The translations under genes and the position numbers were made by a program. The notes beneath the pieces are model-generated. The model worked only from the letters and a program-made list of their open reading frames with translations, ran no database searches and was not told the origin of the DNA. 49,128 nucleotides of DNA from Nemertoderma westbladi (lineage: Eukaryota; Animalia; Xenacoelomorpha), in contig JAUCBJ010003680.1 in assembly GCA_032718475.1 (NCBI GenBank), positions 1-49,128 on the forward strand. Direction: 5' to 3'. Positions 44,841 through 49,128 of the stretch are shown piece after piece. Within the stretch, counting starts at the first letter, position 1, and each line of letters starts with the position of its first letter.

Positions 44841-47014
44841 AATCATGTTCTGAAAATACAGAAAACAGTCGCAGTAGCTGCTATGAGAACCAAACTCCAT
44901 GGTCGAGAATACGAATAACAGAAACCAGTGTGAGCTTAGGTCTACTTACCAAACCCAAAAGGCCCCTACCAAAAACATCAGCACAAGAAATGGGGTATTA
45001 ATACCTCATCACAGCCATCAGCTACGATGTGCTGAGTTTATAAAACATCAATCATTCTATGTATCTGGCATTTGGTCAGGAAATACTGAAGAACACGTTA
45101 TATCCTACCTCGATCACCATGGTATACCTGTCCCCTGAATAACAACTAGAAATAGTAACGATAGCAGAAATATGAGGATCACTGTTGACATCAATGATAG
45201 CGAAAGTCTGAAACTTGACAACTTTTGGCCTTCTGGAATTAAATGTTGAGAATGGATATATCATCAAAGAATATATTCCGTCCAGAACAATGACCACTCT
45301 TCACAGCACAGTCTCTCTGCGGCATCCCATTATGTGCGGTCCCAGTCATCAGACACCTCATCAGACGGACACATTATGTTTGACGCAAGTAGAAAGTATA
45401 AACTGAGAAGAATAAGAGCAGATGAAGTGAAGGTATGTACATTAAATACGACATGGATTGACGACATGGAGTGCCAAAGTCTTCTTGTCAACCTTCATGA
45501 AAATTTCGACACAGTTTACGCCGTCGGCAAAATGATGGAATCAGAAAACCGAGGGGCTGGTGGAGTAGCACTACTTATGAGAAAAGATAAGCTTAGGACT
45601 TGGTCAGGGATTAATGGAGGTGATGACATTGTTGGTATCACTGGCCAGCCACACAGTGGTAGTCAGCCACTCTTGTTTCTATCTTGTTATACTCCAGACA
45701 TTTCGAAGGGCCAAGCAGCATACTAGGATTTTCTGGGTCGCCTCGAAGGCCTCCTCTCACAATATGAAGAATGTATACCAATAATCCTAACTGATTCGAA
45801 CGGCAATGTAGTACCTCTTCAGGGAAAATGAAGCGATTTAAAAGATAGCAGGGCATCTACTCAAGGATCTTTTCTGAACAGTTTCCTTTTTATCTACAAA
45901 CTTGCTTGCAGCGGACACTTGTGATAAATTTATCGGACCAACCACTACATTTCGCGGGGCTAATGATGGTGCATCATATATAGATCACATTATAACATCA
46001 CATAGTATGGTGGACTCAAACAAATATCGTTTGGCTCAGTACTCCATGATGATCCTGCAAACAACTACTCAAACCACACCCCTGTTACCGCAACTTTTAA
46101 CTTCACCACAAAGGGCTATCCAGCTAAAATAGAACACACTAAGCAGACCGAAGTTTAGGCAAGTCAGATTCAACTGGTCCAGGGCGTCCAGCTCTAACAG
46201 AGAAGAATACAAAACTGCCATTGATGCAATAATTGTAAAGAGGATAGCAGAGTTGAAGAGTATAAGGCCAGATGACCCCAGCATCGATCATCTCAATGCA
46301 ATCATGGAAGGAATTCAATCAGCCATTATCAGCACTGCCAAACAGTTCATTCCATTTCTCAAGCCAAAGCGTAAATGCAGGAATCTTAGAATCCGCTCAA
46401 AACTCTTAAAGGACAGTTCCAAAGAATCACGTGACCTTTATAAACGCTGGAGTGACAATAGTAGAGATCAAAAAGATCCCATTCACTATGAATTCAAAGA
46501 ATCACAGCGACGTACTAAAAGAATCAAAAATTTCTTGAGTAAAAACCTAGTTAGATGCACAAATAATAATTGGTCTCATAAGTTCAACAGCAACCCGAAG
46601 TCCTTCTGGTCCAATGTGAACATATCGAATAATAGTACTGCACCTACATCTATGGAGCCCACTATACGGAAGCACATCACTGCTAAGCTCAGTAACCAAA
46701 GGCCAATTAACCACAGCCTCAATGATGAATTAAACTCAGCCTGTTCCGTAAGCCCACAAATATCAGTGCTGTCAGTAAAACGGGCGATATCAAATTTAAC
46801 TACTGGAAAATCTCATGACTTTGCCTCACTAACCGCTGAACATTTGCTGCGGATGAACCCGGTAACCCGGACCCCATTTGTAGCTTTCTTGCTGATACTA
46901 TAAAGCTGAAACAGGTTCCCGAGATATTCCGTTATTCTGTGCTGACTAATATTTATAAGGGGAAGCAGCATGACATCTACATTCCTAAGTCATATCGGCC
47001 TATAGCCTCAATTA

Positions 47015-49128
47015 GGTAGGTGCTAAAATGCACAACGAGCAACAATGACCAACAACGGGCAACAATGAGCAACAATGAGCAACAACGGGCAACAACGAGC
47101 AACAAGAAAGTACAACAACGAGTAACAACGAGCAACAATGAGCAACAACGAGCAATAATTAAAGTACAACAACGAGTAACAATGAGCAACAATGAGCAAC
47201 AACGAGCAACAATGAGCAACAACGATCAACAATGAGCAACAATGAGCACACAACGAGCAACAATGAGCAACAACGAGCAACAATGAGCAACAACGAGCAA
47301 CAATGAGCAACAACGAGCAACAATGAGCAACAACGAGCAACAATGAGCAACAACGAGCAACAATGAGCAACAATGAGCAACAACGAGCAAGAATGAGCAA
47401 CAACGAGCAACAATGAGCAACAACGAGTAACAATGAGCAACAACGAGCAACAATGAGCAACAATGAGCAACAATGAGCAACAAGACAACAATGAGCAACA
47501 ACGAGCAACAATGAGCAACAACGAGCAATAATAAAGTACAACAACGAGTAACAATGAGCAACAACGAGCAACAATGAGCAACAACGAGCAACAATGAGCA
47601 ACAACGAGCAATAATAAAGCACAACAACGAGCAACAATGAGCATACAACGAGCAACAATGAGCAACAACGAGCAACAACGATCAACAATGAACAACATCG
47701 AGCAATAATAAAGCACAACAATGAGCACCAACAAGGAACAATGAGCAATAATAAAGTACAACAACGAGTAACAATGAGCAACAACGAGCAACAATGAGCA
47801 ACAACGAGTAACAATGGGCAACAACGAGCAACAATGAGCAACAACGAACAACAATGACCAACAACGAGCAACAATGACCAACAACGAGCAACAATGACCA
47901 ACAACGAGCAACAATGAGCAACAACGAGCAACAATGACCAACAACGAGCAACAATGAGCAATATTGAAGTACAACAACGAGTAACAATGAGCAACAACGA
48001 GCAACAATGAGCAACAACGAGCAACAATGAGCAATATTAAAGTACAACAACGAGTAACAATGAGCAACAACGAGCAACAATGAGCAACAATGAGCAACAA
48101 TGCCAACAACGAGCAACAACGAGCAATAATAAAGTACAACAACTAGTAACAATGAGCACAATGAGCAACAATGAGCAATATTAAAGTACAACAACGAGTA
48201 ACAATGAGCAACAACGAGCAACAATGAGCAACAATCGAGCAACAATGAGCAATATTAAAGTACAACAACGAGTAACAATGAGCAACAACGAGCAACAATG
48301 AGCAACAACGAGCAACAATGAGCTGAGCAACAACGATCAACAATGAGCAACAACGAGCAATAATAATACAGCAACGAGTAACAATGAGCAACAACGAGCG
48401 ATAATGAGCCAACAACGAGCAACAATGAGCAACAATGAGCAACAATGAGCAACAACGAGCAACAATGAGCAATATTAAAGTGCAACAACGAGTAACAATG
48501 AGCAACAACGAGCAACAATGAGCAACAACGAGCAACAATGAGCAACAACGATCAACATTGAGCAACAACGAGCAATAATAAAGTACAACAACGAGTAACA
48601 ATGAGCAACAATGAGCAACAATGAGCAACAACGAGCAACAATGAGCAACAATGAGCAACAACGAGCAACAATGAGCAACAACGAGCAATAATAAAGTACA
48701 ACAACGAGTAACAATGAGCAACAACGAGCAACAATGAGCAACAACGAGCAACGAGCAACAATGAGCAACAATGAGCAACAACGAGCAACAATGAGCAACA
48801 ACGAGCAACAATGAGCAACAACGAGCAACAACGTGCAACAATGAGCAACAACGAGCAACAATGAGCAACAATGAGCAACAACGAGCAATAATAAAGTACA
48901 ACAACGAGCAACAATGAGCAACAATGAGCAATAATAAAGTACAACAACGAGTAACAATGAGCAACATTACATTACGGGCATCCTAAAACGTGTTAGCGCA
49001 TTTGACAAAAAAAATACGTTTTTATTCTTTATTTTTATATATTTTGACTCTTTCCGATTGTTTAATAAACCATGTAAGAATGCATGTAAAAACACCCAGT
49101 CTGAAACACTGAAACGGTAATTGCGCTA
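47015..49128 (+). mobile_element. Foldback/Mutator-like DNA transposon, left arm built of 10-bp repeats; probably extends past the right edge
   Basis: Terminus GGTAGGTGCTAAAATG preceded by 9-bp CCTCAATTA (47006-47014), which also follows the inverted terminus at 43994. Confidence 0.7.
47033..48966. repeat. 10-bp tandem array (AACAAYGAGC)n with periodic AATAATAAAGTAC variant
   Basis: About 1.9 kb of alternating AACAATGAGC/AACAACGAGC units. Confidence 0.97.

Larger units (their letters stand above)
43215..47014 (+). mobile_element. Degenerate two-ORF LINE (RTE-X/L2-like), interrupted twice
   Basis: ORF1 motifs SFYVSG...TEEHVISYL and FWPSGIKC; APE motifs GGVALL, SYIDHII; RT start GKSHDFASLTAEHL...SYRPIAS. 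Confidence 0.75.

Noticed and set aside
47023-48967. Cys/Leu-rich membrane or metallothionein-like ORFs
   Set aside because: Translations of the 10-bp tandem array in several frames.

Overview
Eukaryotic (AT-rich, probably invertebrate) genomic DNA dominated by nested transposable elements around three MFS transporter loci. In order: (1) the 5' half of a minus-strand BEL/Pao LTR retrotransposon, with a >1100-codon gag ORF running off the left edge (missed by the ORF track) and a 5' LTR carrying TATA, three CCAAT boxes, a heat-shock-like element and an embedded tRNA-like Pol III cassette; (2) an RTE relic; (3) a recent ~4 kb Gypsy element with ~120 bp LTRs, a GTAGT TSD, a GGGAAAC -1 frameshift, an RNase H deletion, and a primer-binding position complementary to the 5' end of a tRNA-Lys-like sequence instead of a tRNA 3' CCA end; (4) the last exon of an oxalate:formate-antiporter-like MFS gene; (5) a segmental duplication giving two intronless 426-aa SLC18B1-like MFS paralogues, each copy differently invaded by RTE LINEs, a piggyBac-type MITE and a hAT-type foldback MITE holding a SINE; (6) a CRE 3' fragment, a minimal hammerhead-like motif and paired 86-bp direct repeats; (7) a decayed Ulp1/SENP-like protease region followed by a 36-bp minisatellite made of tetraloop hairpins; (8) a two-ORF LINE split by a Foldback/Mutator-like element whose arm is the 10-bp 'satellite', with its two ends in permuted order. 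All calls come from reading the sequence by eye; no database searches were run.
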